Below, one piece after another: positions 37,082 to 51,200 of a stretch of DNA of 64,000 bases. The notes under the pieces were generated by a model. It saw only the letters and a list, made by a program, of their open reading frames with translations, was not told where the DNA came from and made no database searches. Every line of letters starts with the position of its first letter. The first letter of the stretch is position 1. The translations under genes and the position numbers were made by a program. Source of the DNA: Chrysomallon squamiferum (lineage: Eukaryota; Animalia; Mollusca); the NCBI GenBank assembly GCA_012295275.1, contig CM022665.1, positions 682,001-746,000 on the forward strand, given 5' to 3'.

Positions 37082-39202
37082 ATAAAGAGGAATGGATGAA
37101 AAGGTGGGTTTTTTTAAATTTTTCACCCCCTTTTGTAGCAGCACATTGTTAATAAAAAAGAAATAATGGAACAAAAAAAAATATATGAATATTAAAAATA
37201 AAATGTAAAAGTATTGTTTTATATATTAACAAAGTGATATTTTTTCATATTTTTTTTTTTAAAGAACAAAATTTGTTTCTCTGTATTGTTTAAAATAATA
37301 AAATATGAACTGTATACTATAAAAATGGAAACTATAAAAAATAATTTTTGTTATCATAAACTGTCAGTATCCTACATGCACTGTATCTAAATAATAAAAT
37401 AAATAATATATAAAATAAAAACCAAGCTTCAAATCAAGCTTATAAAAGAGGAAAAAATGAAAATAAAAGGAACAAAAATGATTAAAACTAAAAGAAGAAA
37501 ATGAAAGAAAAGAAAATGAAATTTTTAATTTCATATAAAATTTGCTCAAAGGCAGCAATTAAAATAAAAAAGAAAGAAACAAATAAAAATTTTAAAAAAA
37601 ATATAAAAAAGAAGCAAAAAAGAAACACAAGAATGAAATCATTAATGAAATAAATTTACAGGTTCTGACAAGAAAACCTAGTAGGGATGTCATAAAGAAT
37701 AGAAAAAAAAAAAGTAAAGTTAATACAAGAACAAAATAATTAATTAAATAAACTTACAGACCATAATCAGAAAACCCAGGCAAGGGATTTCATACACGTT
37801 AATTACTTAACAGTCACAGATAAACTGATTGCGAGCAAGATGTCTGTAACAATTTTTTTTTTAAAATGCCACCTTCAGTAACATCATAATACACTTTTAT
37901 AGTATCTGCTAGTAGGGAAGGGATGTTATAAAGATTTTTTTTTTAAATGTGTAGAGGAATGATTTAATATTATACATTTTTATAGTCACAGATAAACAGA
38001 TTGCGAGCATGAAATCTGTGAAAAAAAAACATGTCACTTTAAATGATGTCTTAATACACATCTTTAGTATCTATGTGTAGTAAAGTAGTAATTTAATATA
38101 CTATTACTGGTAATGATTAAATATTATATGATTGTGTGGTACTAACAATAACACAAATAAACAATAAAACATTTGTAAATTCCCATTAAAAAGTATCAAC
38201 ACATTTACCTCAAAAACAATAAATTATTAATAATAATAATAAGAAGAAGAAATAATTAACTAAATAAATAAACAAATAAAATAAATAATAATATTTTTTT
38301 AAAGGTGTCTGACAAAAAAATACCATACAATACTTCATAAAAAACATATTTCAAAACCTCAAATAAATAGATTTTATATACACATAAATTATAGATACAG
38401 ATATAGATCTAGATATAGACAGATAGCTACATAGATTACAAATGTACTTATTAATATGAAGATTACTCTCCATGTGTGTTAATTAAACATGACTGAGTGA
38501 TCTCGGGGAAAATCAGACTTCTAGAATCTTCATTATAAGTGATCAGTGAATGAAGAGATGATTCACAAGTGGAAGTTCTGTCTTCAAACTACAACTTTTA
38601 CCTGTTTTGTACATGGATAATGTGTGCCTGTGTGTGTCTGTGTGTGTGCACACAAAGACAGACAGACAAATATAGATATGTATTAGAAATCAGATGACTA
38701 TTATCATCATCATTATTGTTTCAAAATATTAACAATACTTACAGTGTCAAGATGTTAGTAAATTAGCCATTAACCAATGACTAGATCTTGTTATCATGCA
38801 GAGAACTGAAATAATTAAAATAGAGATGTTTACACATTTATCTATATATATATGTTTAACAAAATCAGAATATTTTGATTGTGTATCTTTTATATAAAAA
38901 ACAATGATGACTGAAGAAATACACATCCAGTAAAAACTATTTTGAATTCTAAACTCAGGACATTTTTATTTCTTTCTTTCTTTTTTTTTTTTTGTTTATA
39001 ATAAATTATGGAATTCAATTAATATTAATTTAATATCCAAGTATTTCTAATTTTTATTGCAATAATTAGCAAAAATTAGAAAAAAAGAAAGAAAGAAAAA
39101 TAGAAATATGTATCAAATTTTCTTTGTTTTTGTCTGTTTCTGTTTGTGTGTACATCTGTGTATGTGAGGCTATGTGTATATTTTTGCATGTGTATATATA
39201 TA

Positions 39203-39243
<41 letters not shown>

Positions 39244-39697
39244 CATGCTTTGGAAGGACATAACATTTCTCTATGTACTTCCAAATCAGTGTACATGTCA
39301 ACACAGACATATGATGACCTAATAAATCTACAGCATCTCATTTTTCACAACTTGAAATTATTATTATTATTATATAGTATTTTAATGAATGTAAACTCTA
39401 TTAGCTGACATTGTAACACAAACATCACTGTATGTCTACTTACAACAAGTTTAAGTTATGCAGATCTTTGAAAGCATTGACATGAACACATGCAATTTTA
39501 ATTGCATTGAGTAGGCTGAAATAAAAAACATTTTATTTGAACAATAAGTTATGCATAAATGACAATGTGCTTCCATTATGAATTAATCATTGCTAAAATT
39601 GTTACTTTAATTCACCCTCTTTTCTGTAACACCTGTAGAGAAAGATATTTTTGTAAATAAGAAATAAAATGTAAACAAAATTACTCCAAAATTGCTA

Positions 39698-39865
39698 ATT
39701 TCAATATCAATAATAATTATTATATTGACATAGTTCAATATTAATAATAATTATTATATTGACTTATTTCAATATTAATTATTATTACATGTATAATCAT
39801 GTTCACTTATTTATATCTTAATAATTATTAAGTACTACCATATTGACTTATTTCATTATTAATAA
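39698..39865. repeat. ~30-bp AT-rich degenerate tandem repeat
   Basis: ttcaatattaataataattattatattgac repeated about 4-5 times. Confidence 0.65.
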
Positions 39866-40423
39866 ATATTAGGTTACAATCATATCAACAACTTGTATAA
39901 AAACATGAAAACAAAAAAATCAAAACCTGAAAAGAAACTTGCTGATTAAAAGCTGCAAGAGTTGTTTTTTTTTAAATCAGTCACCACAAACAGAAAGTCA
40001 ACAAAACTTTTAATTAAAAAAATCTATTTAAAAATAAAATAGCAAAGGACATGACAGTGTTTAGAAAACAAAAAAAGAAAGGATAAATTCAGTATGTAGT
40101 TGTGTATGCTGCACAACAACGATGCTTACAGCAGTTGTAAAGATGTGAGTTGAGAAGACCTGGTAGAAGGTTGGAAAACTTGTTATCATAGAGAACTCTA
40201 AAAATAAACACAGGTAGGTCAGTAAATACATGTTAGATAAGTAATAAATAATTAAAGATATTAAGTGATAAACTAAATAATAAATAATTAAAGGCATGAA
40301 AAGATAATGTAAATAACAGAATAGATATTTAGATAACTAAGTGCATTTTACATTAATAATAATAATTAAAAGCTTTAATAAAATAAGTATTTCAGGGCCA
40401 ATCATTTTATTTAATACATTTTT

Positions 40424-40710
40424 AGAATTCTGTAGACAAACATTTTAATATCTGTATTTTATTTATATTATTTGAAAATTCTGTAAACAAATATTTTAAT
40501 ATCTGGATTTTATTTATTAAACTTTCAGAATTTTGCATACATTTTAATATCTATATTTTATTATTAAACTTTGAGAATTCTGCAAAAATACATTTCATTA
40601 TCTGTATTTTATTTATTAAACTTTCAGAATTTTGCAAACATTTTTATATGTGTATTTTATTATTAAACTTTGAGAAGTCTGGAAACAAACATTTTAGTAT
40701 CTGTATTTAA
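40424..40710. repeat. ~48-bp minisatellite, ~6 copies (in a Slit pseudogene intron)
   Basis: agaattctg...acattttaatatctgtattttatttattaaacttt periodicity. Confidence 0.8.
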
Positions 40711-42558
40711 TCAGGTTTTCAAGTAAATGACACTCTTAAATGTATGCATACATTTCCTGTAACACTAGCTTTTACTAAATAAGAAGGGAAGTTTAAATAA
40801 ATAAATAGGTTATCACTTACAAAGTCCTCAATGAATGCAGACCTGAGAAGGCATCCGATGCAATAATCAGTATCCGATTGTTACTCAGGTTAATGTGAAA
40901 TGCACAAAAATAAATAAATAAATAAAAAATTACAGTATGAGAAATCTAAACACCCTGTCTTTATAATCAAACAACAAAATGCATTTCATTTATCAAAATT
41001 AAATCAGTGCAGAATGTACTCATTCAAAAGAGAGAGGTACAATCAGTTACTGTAAAATGATAACGAAACTTGAGAAAATACATTAAAGGTCGTATTTAGT
41101 AGATATAAATGTTAAAAGCAAATTGATCACGTGTTATTTGAATGATTGCATTGATACCTACATTATAATGCTTGATACCACTTTTAGAACAGAAAACTAA
41201 AAACAAAATTAGTTAAAAATTAATGTTTCGCTCTTTTTCCTTAAAAAAAAATAAAAAATGAAAAAAGCATTCATTTTCTAAAACCTGTACTATTATGCAT
41301 GCAAACAATGATTTTCCTATTTTTATTTTAAAAAGTTCATTGGTTCATACTGCTTTTAACAACCATTCTTGAAAAGGAACGACTGGAATCTGATACGCTG
41401 AATGTATTATTTTATTTTATTTTTATTTTTATTTTTTTTTTTTTGTTTATTAAATTTTCAGAATAGAATAAACAGATATTATAAATTTGATTTTCCTGAA
41501 AGGCATCTACTGAGCTACCGAACAATATGTCCGATGCGGAATAATATATAACAAACATCATATTTATTAAATAAATTGCATTATATATCTGAAATTTTAT
41601 TTTTGCTATAGTTCTGAAACCCATATACTTTATTTTATAATAAAAATGAATATATTTTATACCTTAGAAGTATAAACAATTATTGAAATTGCGAACTATT
41701 TGTTTGAAAGAACTGACGTGCGATAAACTGTTCGCTGGAGTTTCTGTTCGCGGATTTCACAGCGGCTGGAATTGTTCGCTGCCTTTATTTCAGATGTTGG
41801 CAAATTAAGGTAAGCAAACTTATCGAGCTATAAGCAAACCTTTTACATGAAATAAATATTTGCGATAAAATTATTAATAGTGGCTACTGTGTTATAACTT
41901 GTAGAAAAAGAGGTCACCCAAATAATATTTTTGGGGCGATTAACCCATAATTATTTTTAACATCCCAGTCGCCTTAAACGGAAATTTGGAAACCTGGCGA
42001 CTGGCTATTTCAAATCCTGCATATTATCTGTTAAGAAATCTGTTTTGTAATATAAATTGTTATTTTATAACTGTTTAAATATTTCAGTCAGAACATGTAA
42101 CTAATTACATCTTTTGATAACTTTTAATATTTTATGACATTAGCTGTTACATATTTCTTCATAATGCTGAGATGATACAATTTTAAATTTGTAATTTTCA
42201 TATTTCATTTTAACTGTAGCAAGTTTTTAAATGTAACTCTATGTTACACGGTATACTGGTATTCAACTGAGTCGTTTCCATGTTTTATTTTTCAGGTTTA
42301 ATCATTAATATTTCACAGCTGTTAAATGTTTCCTTTTAATGTTCATCTACATTATGTTTCATATTTTATACTATGTGTTTGTGTTTTTTATTTATATATA
42401 TATATATATCTCAGTTTAAACATCTCAGTTTTTTCTGTGTTCAGTATTTCAGAAACTGACTGTTGTTGCTGAAAGTGGAAATCTTTCTTCAACAGTTTTA
42501 TTTTTATTTGCTGCTGGTGATATGATGTCACCTGTATTTAAACTGAACCATCATTCAT

Positions 42559-45204
42559 GGCCATCCTGCTGATAATGGTTTTCCAGGAACTCCTGGTGTT
42601 CCAGGTAGAAAATCATTTCCAGGTGAAAAATATAACCATGTTTCCCTGGACAGTGAGGTAAGTGTGTCATATATATAAATAAACAAGAAATCAGAACTGA
42701 CAGAAATTGTATACCATAATCAGTTTTCTAATGATACTACTAATACTATTAGTTTGCAGCATTTACCAAACTGTAACATGTTTTATATACAAAAGTAGCA
42801 ATATCCTTTAAAATATTAAACAAAATTTCTATTTATTTTTTCACTTTTAAACAAAATGTTATTTTATTGTTTCAGTTTTAAACAGGAGAACCAGATATGT
42901 ATTAAACGGTTATTGCTTTTGATGTTTTATTATTTTAATTTTTTAATGGTAATCTTGAAATAAACCCTACAAAAATTTTATTTAAAAAGAATAAGGAATG
43001 TTACATTGAAAGGGATAAAAATAAAAGTTTTTGATTATTTAAATATGTGTTTCGAACATTTCTATATCCCAAGAAGTGACACTGGAACTTTATTAATAGT
43101 TCTAATCTTGATCACTATTTGATGATGTGTTACTTGGTAACAGTGAAAAGAAAATACATTTAAACCATTTTTATTTATAAACTTTCAGGTTCTAAATTAT
43201 ATTTCATGGTCTGTGTTTTCAGAATAAAGCTGAACAACATATTTGTTTTTAAAATGTTTGTAATAATTACAATCGCCTAGGTTTATTTATACTTTTTGCC
43301 ATGAAGCATTGTTTTGAAAGTAAACAAAAATGTAGGAAAGAAGTATATGTATGAATTGAATGTGAATATTAGAATCAGTTGTGTACCATCTGCAGTTGTG
43401 TGTCAAGGTTTGAAAACTGACATTATTATTATTTATTTTTTAAACTGTAAAAAAACCTAACAGTTACTGAATACAAGTCTGGTTTAAGAGACAACTTTAA
43501 CATCTTTTAATCTAGACAAGCAGCATGTCTTGTACAAGTAATTAATATTATAAAAATACCCAGTTAATTAATACCTGAATAATAAAATTGTATTTCTGTC
43601 TGTTACAGATTATGACAGTTTTTCAGGTAAAAAAGGTGAAGCTGGTTACCCCGGAGAACTTGGTATCCATGGACAGGATGTTTGTGTCATGGGCAGGATT
43701 TGGGTAATTGAGCTATCTTAATTTATTAAACTTATGACTTAGTTTCATGTTCTAATGTTATCAAAACTGAAGGTTGAAATAGAAGCATTTATTATTTTTT
43801 TTTTAGTATCTGATATAAAAAAATTAAATAAAATAAAAAAATGTTTTCTTTAAACTCATTTAAAGCACAAGATTATAAGTATGTTACAAAAAAAATTGGT
43901 TCCAATATACCAGAAAATGTTCTGTTTCATTGGTTAGAGCCTTAAGAATCTAAAAACATGAGACCCAAAATTGACATTTTTTTAAATATCTTGGAAAATT
44001 GAAGGAGTTATGGCAATTTCAGATGCTGAAAAATGTACCAATTTGCTTATATTTTTATTAAAAAAATCATTCACCTGCTAAGCCTACTTGGATGACTTTG
44101 TAAGGCAAATTTTAAACTTTTTTCACAAGAATATTGGAGATGCTTATGGTTAATTACTTAATAGAAATTAAATTTTCAAAAGCAAGGATACATAGAAATG
44201 TTTACAGAACATCATCAAAAAAGATTTATGCTCAGAAATCTATTTATAGGCTGTCAGCAGGCCATTTTCTGATGGTCCTGTCCCCATCTGCTGCTACTAT
44301 AGAACAGTATTAGCAGTGATATTGGAATAGCTGAGATAGCAGAAAGTGTGTAATTGTAACATTGCATCAGTATATTTTAAAATTTTTAGTTTTTCTCAGG
44401 ATACACATTTATTGAATGAGAAAATGGTTTAGGTATTACAAACAAACAGAAAGACTATTCTAACTAACAGTAAAAAAATAAACATTACACTGCAGGTAGT
44501 GCTGTGAGCTGTTTGAGAAGATTTACAAACATGTTTTTATGTTCTGCAACATCAACAATGTGTGCATCACAGAATGATTAAAGTTACAGACAGTGTTGAT
44601 GATGATGATGATGATGAATCCAGTGAAAGGTGAACAGATAGGCAGCCATTAGCAGTTTGTGAATCTCCAGACCCTGTAAGTCCTCCCTTGTACTCCCTTT
44701 TTATAACTGATTAATATTTAATAATGAATATTCATATTTGATTTCCATTGTTTTAGATAGGCAACTGTGACTACGATATGATATTTTTAACATTTAGAAG
44801 TATTCAGTATATAATCATTATTTATTTGTGAATACATTTTCAGTGTAAGATTTCTTATTACAATCATAAATTTGAATTTTTGGTAATGTTTATTAATTTA
44901 ATACTTACTGATAGGAATTAATTTTTAATTTTTAGTTAACATTCAGTATTTATTGATATGATTTAAATATTTATATTTGCACATTATGCAATATGTTTTT
45001 AAATATGGTATTTAAAATTAAAATACGGATTTTTTTTTTTTTTTTTTTTTTTACAAATATTAGTATTGTAAAGTTGTAATTATTACTTCCCTTACTTTGA
45101 GATTTTTTCTCTCGCAGGTTTTAGCTGTACACAGTCAGACATTGCTGAATCCAGAGTGTTCACTGGTCTGGTGCAGATTATGGACTGGCAACAGTTTTGC
45201 CATG
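42559..45204 (+). pseudogene. Type IV collagen pseudogene fragment: two Gly-X-Y exons (~42559-42657, 43609-43703) and two NC1 exons (44496-44675, 45118-45204)
   Basis: Collagenous: GHPADNGFPGTPGVPGRKSFPGEK and GKKGEAGYPGELGIHGQD. NC1: [30 protein letters not shown]...MNPVKGEQI/AVCESPDP | VLAVHSQTLLNPECSLVWCRLWTGNSFAM, matching collagen IV NC1 as recalled ([34 protein letters not shown]...CAVCEAP..VMAVHSQT...LWIGYSFVM). Splice sites are retained; frameshifts, a stop and lost glycines show decay. Confidence 0.88.
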
Positions 45205-46875
45205 GTAAGTTTGAAATAAGTTGGTTTACTGCTAAAAAGGTTTAAGTTTGTAACTTCAACTTTGAAATTCATTCCAGTTTTGATTTTATTGAAAACCGAG
45301 AACTAATATGTTTGTTACAATTTGTATTTATTTAATGTAACCGATGGTTTATTCAGGGTCATTAGTGTTGTTGCCATAAACCTGGGTCAGTTTGTCCTCT
45401 TTGGAAATGCCAGTCTTACAATACTTTTTATATTTAATCTTTCTGTGTCAATGGCTATCTTTTTTTAAGTTCTTTGATTCCTTGGATTAAAGTATTTATA
45501 AAACTGGAGAGGTTTTTAGGTTGTGTTGTCTTTTGTTGTTTTTTTTTCCTTTGTAACTTTATGATTATATATCTGCAATTTACTCCTCAATTTTAATTTC
45601 AAGTCAGGCTATTAATTATCACTCAATATTAAATAAAAAATAAATAAAAAATAATGTAGCTTTCGTTATAAAACAAGAACTCACACGCATACTAAAACAC
45701 ACACTCACTCAAGGCCAACTATTTAACTTTCAGTTATCTTTTAAATGTAAGAAAAAGTAAGTGTAAATTAATATATTCAAATAATAAACAAACAAACAAA
45801 CTAATAAATAAATATTAAAAATAATAATATTTTAACAGACTACAAAATTCAATAATCTGATAATTATTTAAAAATTTGTTTTTAATATTTATAGAAGCTG
45901 AATTAATATATTTCAATAATATTATATATTGGGGGATAGGGAGGGTAGAGAGGGGTTAGAAATAAAATAATAATCATGACTGAGGAACAAGCAAACAAGA
46001 CAGGGTTTCAAATGGTTTAAATTAATTTCATGTTGGAGAAGCTAATCTGTTTCCCCATTAAAATATTTCCATGTTATTACTGAATTTGTTATTATTCTTA
46101 ATATTTTAATTCTTTTTTTCATCTGTAGGAACTTAGAAGTTAGGCAAATGAATTTCTTCATTTTTAAAAAAAAATTTGGATGTCCCTGGAAACCCTCTTT
46201 AGTCTTTTCAAAGATGTCACAGAAAGATCTCTGGCCTCATTAATGGAAATGTTGGTGGATTTCCTAGAAATGTTGTCATGGTGTTTGTAATTCTGCAGCA
46301 AAATTAATTATAGTTCCCTGCATTACCTCTCTTTGAGGGAATGATATATCATTTAATCAGGAATTAAAGTTTTAATGTTTTAATTAAAAATAATTTAAAA
46401 TTTTTTATTTTACTATAATTTTGAACAATGTAAATAAAATGATATAAAAGCTTATGACTTAAAATCATGATTAAAAATTACCTTGTAAAATTACTGAATG
46501 CTTTCATTATGTTGTTTTAATAACCATACAAATGCAAACTTGTCTTCAGTGAATGAACTGTTTTATACTGATGCAGTATTTCGCTCTAGAAGCAAAATCA
46601 AAGAACCTATCATGTATTAATATTGTTATCAATATAATATTTTTTCTTTTTTCTTTTCTTTAATCTTTAATTTATAATTTTTTTTTTTTTTTTTTTATGA
46701 ATTGATAAATTGTAAATTATTTCAAGATTATGAATATCTTGTGCAGGTAGTTGTTCCATATCTGACAGGTACAATCTCCATGGTGACCAGACAGGTGAAC
46801 TAAGAAAAAAGGGAGGTAATTCATCAGGTCACACTGTGGCATGTGTGAAGAGTCAGTGAAATGAAACATTGGTTT

Positions 46876-47026
46876 TACACTCTTCATGCAGAAGTCCATG
46901 GCATCATGTACACTTGTTTACATGCTGCTTCCAAACAAAACTCTAGGCACATATGTCTCAGTCTTTCAACTGTTGAAGATTGAAGCAGAAAGAAACTTCA
47001 ACCTGAAACCACAGATTATCCACACT
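46876..47026 (+). mobile_element. Short MULE transposase relic
   Basis: YTLHAEVHGIMY/LVYMLLPNKTLGTYVSVFQLLK...NLKPQIIHT resembles the MULE segment between the first two catalytic Asp residues; one frameshift. Confidence 0.65.
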
Positions 47027-47199
47027 TAATACATTTTTTATTTTTGTTTTTGTTAATTTCTTTTTTAATTTAATAATATAAATATTTACACAAAATATAT
47101 AATAAATAAACAGGGCATTATTTATGTATTTTTTTAAGTATTATTTTAATTTTTGGCTACATTTTAATAAAACTCCTTTTTTGGTTTAAGTTGTAGAGT

Positions 47200-48210
47200 T
47201 CATAACAGAGATGCTACTGTGCACAGTCATTGTACCAAAGGTATGGAAACTGAAGTGAAGCAGTGTCTATCTACAATTCAGCAGAGATCTGCAACTTCTC
47301 AAGATACACCGTGACTTTTGATTCAGCAACAGCAAGCTGTTGCTCAACTTCCAAAATATACATCCATTGAAAGAATGATTGAGAGGAAAAGGAAGTTGGA
47401 TGGTGAACCTGTGCCGATTCCAAGAACTGTCAGTGAAATTAACATTCCAGAAATGCTGAAAAAAAAAAAAAAACTATGAGAGGAGACAAATTTCTGCTAC
47501 ATGACTCTGGTGCACATGACCCTGAAAGATTCTTCATCTTTGGAACACAAAAAAAATCTAGGAATACTTGGCTACTAATGGTGACTGGTTTGCTGATGGA
47601 ACTTTCAAAATTGCATCTTGTTGCTTCTGTCAGTTAACAACAATTTGTACAAAGAAAAGTGGGACTGTGTTACCAGTGCTGTACATCTTCCTCCAAGGAA
47701 AACACAGGCCGTGTATAGAAGAGCTTTTGAAGCTATTTATGCAATGAAAGAAAATATGCAACCAACTTCTGTCACGTGTGATTTTGAGAAGGCTTTTCAC
47801 AACGCAGTGCAAGAGGTGTTTTGTCTACAAGTTCATCTTGCTGGGTTCTTATTTCTTTTGGGCCAGTGTATTTGGAGAAAAATTCAGAGAGAGAATCTGC
47901 TTGAAGCCTATCGTGATAATGAGCAGGTACGTCTTAAGTGTAAGAAGCTGAGGCCTTAGCCTTTTGTACCTGCTGAAAACATTATTCAAGTCTTTGAAAC
48001 CATTCAGGATGACATTCCGGATAACATGACCGGTCTGTTCAACTATTTTGAAGACACTTTGATTGGTCAACCAGGCAGACGAGGACAGAGAAGTGATCTG
48101 GTGTTTGTTTTCACTCTTTGGTTCATCCATGACAGAGTTGTACAAGGACTACCTAGTACAAACTACTTGATGGAGGGCTGGCATAGAGCACTTCAGGGTA
48201 CTGTTGGTAT
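47200..48210 (+). mobile_element. Decayed MULE (Mutator-like) DDE transposase
   Basis: Across frameshifts: RGDKFLLHDSG..DPERFFIFGT, WFADGTFK (D1, ~47586), VTCDFEKAFHNAV (D2, ~47777), GFLFLLGQCIWRKIQ (degenerate CxxH), ALAFVP, YFEDTLIG, PSTNYLMEGWHRAL (E, ~48173). No terminal inverted repeats were recognised. Confidence 0.88.
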
Positions 48211-48229
48211 ATACATCCTGTCTGTCTGT

Positions 48230-51200
48230 TTACAGGATATTATACAGAATCAGTTGCTGTTATTGTGCAACCATTGGTTTTAAGGACAATGTACAGGAAA
48301 GTCCAAAGATTACAAATTAACCGCTGTTTAATAGCAAGAGTATTCGAAGAAAATACCTGTAACAAAAATAAAGTTCAATTTAATTTTACTGTAATAAAAA
48401 TAATACTGTTTAACATATTTTATACGTGGCATATTAGTCTATTGAATATAACATAGTTGAATCTATTACAAATATTAATATTTGTGTATCAGAAAATCTC
48501 TGTAGATTTATGAAGAATGAGTTAAAAGTAATAAAACTGTTTATTCAAATCTGAGTTGGTCTCAGTAAGTCACAAGACGTAGGAAGTTACTATACGAGAA
48601 AGTATTGTGTAAACAATGTACCTAGATAACTTTTACTAGAATAAAATATAGTGTGTTCAAGAAAATTAATTATAATTAAAACAGCAGAAACAACAACGCA
48701 ACAAAGAAACACGCAAGCAAACAAACAAACTAATAAATAAATAAAATAAAAAATGGTTATAGCCTATGAGATTATTTCTTGAAGGTTACAAGTTTATAGA
48801 ACTTTGTAAACGCAGTTTGAGTCACGTGATCGTTACGACACAGAGACAACTCGTACATTTTGTTGTCTATTTCTAATGTAACAAAGGATCAGAGCTGTTC
48901 ATTACAGAAATAATGTTACTAGGAATTTAGTTAAGTTCATAAAAAATTTAATGTTTAAACAATGTACCTAGTTGCAAAGTTAATAATATTTAGTTAACAT
49001 TACTAGAATAAAATATAATCTATTGAACAAATTATAAATAAATAAATAAATAACCCGATTTGTGTCAACACCCTTCCTCAGTACTGTTTTTAATGATAGA
49101 AATGTATCGAGTAAGTTTTAAGACAAATATCAAATATTTTTAGATCTATGCCGCTAATATAGAATATTTGTGTGTGGTTTCTTTCTTTTGCAAACGAAAC
49201 TTCTATTTTTAAAACGGACTAAAATGTTACCTGTAATGTTTGAGAAAAGAGTACATAATGTTATGAGAAAATCAAACGAAATATCGATGTGTTTGAACTG
49301 TTCTTTACAGAAATAATGTGATTAGGAATTTAGATAATATTACAGACATTTTAGTAACAGTTGTTCATCTAGTAATCATATATTTTGTCACGGAATATTC
49401 TGATATATTTATCAAACATATTAAACCGATTTTAACTTTACTTACTTGTTTAAATTTGTGTAAGTTTCATAGCAACTAGCAAAGCTTTTCTGTTATTTTT
49501 TCTAAGTGCAGGTAACACAACGTAAACAGTTCAGAGTCTAATCAAGTGGACGCTGTGTATTGAGAATATTATGCAGAATCAGTTATTGTGCTACCATTTA
49601 GATCAGTTTTATTCGTGTCAGAGTTGGTTTTATGGACAATGTTCAAGAAAATCCAAAAATTCCATGTTGACCGCCGTTTAAAACGAAGAGTATTCAAAGA
49701 AAATGAAATAGAAAGCTGTAATAGAAATAAAGTTCAATGTAATCTTACTCTGATGAAAATATATGTTATATTTTTACATCGCTATTTTTTATACGTGGCA
49801 AATTAATCCATTGAGTATAATGTACATGAAAATATTAAAAATATTTATGTTTCTCTATCAGAAAATCTTTCTAGATTTATCAAGAGTGAGTTAAAAGTAA
49901 TCAAAAAATGGAATTATATTATAATAACAACATTTAGAAACTCAGCAAAATATAAATAAATAAATAAATAAGATAATATTTGCTCCTAGATTGAGGTTTT
50001 CCTTAGCAAAGGTTCAATGGAAAGTCGCCATGTTTATGTTTCTTTGTACGCGTAAGTTGAGTCACGTGATCGTTACGAGCTAATGACGACCCGGATACGT
50101 TTTGTTGTCTGTTGTTAATATATCTATGAGTTCGAGCTGTTCTTTACAGAAATAATGTAATTAAGAATTTAGGTAAGTTGATAAACATTTTAATAACAGT
50201 TTTCTATATCTAGTAATTTATGTCCGTAAATAAATATTTATGTCTGTAGTTATATCTGTACTTTTTAAATGTATGAAACTGATTTTCACATTACTTACTT
50301 GTTTACATTGTGTAAGTGTTCACAGCTAATAGAAAATTTTTCTCGTCGACTTTTATTCGTCTCAAACATTGACGTAACAAACACGTAGACTTTGAATTTA
50401 GCTAAAGAGTTTAATAACATGATCAGTCTTTGAAATAATAATTACGTTTTAACACATTTTATTATATTCAGATAGTAGAGAAAACTATCTTGTATTCTCT
50501 TTGTTACAAACGACAACCAGACGGTCGCAAACAAAGAACCATTTCTGTCCCTAGACTATTTGAATATTGTTTTTGATAATAGTTAGGAGTTTATAGACTA
50601 AGTGCTAAAATTAATATTTAAAATTATTAGATTTATGTTGCTAACATTATAAAATATTTCCGTGTTATTTTTTCTTTTCTGAAACCGAAACTTGTAAATT
50701 GCCTAACACAGCTAATAAGGAAGCTTTTTCTAGGCGAGACAGTCGTTATCGATTACGTTGAAAGACACTTCGGAAACGTAAGTTTTGTTGTCTTTTTTAA
50801 ATATGTCAATGTGTCTGAGTTGTTCTTTATAGAAATAATGTTATTAGGAATTTAGATAAGTTTAGAGACGTTTAAATAACAGTTTTTCTATTCAGATATT
50901 CATGACTTTATATATAATATTTTTTAAAACATATGAAACCGATTTTAACTTTACTTCCTTGTTTTACGTTGTGTAAATTTTCAACTAATAATAATATAAA
51001 AAAAAGTTTAAAACAAGACCAGTATTTTAACACATTAAATTTTAACTATCTTCAGATAATACAGAAAACGGAATTTTTTTGTATTTGTTAGGAGCGACAA
51101 CGAAAAGGTCATAAATATTGACCTGTTTGTGTCGCCCACTTTTTGAGCATCGTTTTTAATAATAGTTAGGAGTGTATAGAGTAAGTGTTAAGACAAATAT

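Larger units (their letters stand above)
38743..40892 (-). pseudogene. slit: Slit pseudogene fragment: four LRR exons of the second LRR domain (40892-40821, 40197-40130, 39515-39444, 38805-38743)
   Basis: Translations NLSNNRILIIASDAFSGLHSLRTL | VLYDNKFSNLLPG/LTSLQLL | [24 protein letters not shown] | SLHDNKI*SLVNG*FTNILTL are colinear with Slit D2 as recalled ([35 protein letters not shown]...SLQLL [33 protein letters not shown]). Exons are 72-nt-type, phase 2, with GTAAG donors. Lesions: AG>AT acceptor, 4-nt deletion frameshift, two stops, 9-nt deletion. Confidence 0.88.

Noticed and set aside
37812-38075. Local ~170-bp-period duplication (agtcacagataaac.gattgcgagca)
   Set aside because: Only two diverged copies with no structure or coding signal; an ordinary tandem duplication.
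46129-46815. Additional collagen-like exon remnants (e.g. 46747-46815 GSCS...GELRKKG)
   Set aside because: Splice-like flanks are present, but Gly-X-Y periodicity is too weak to call.
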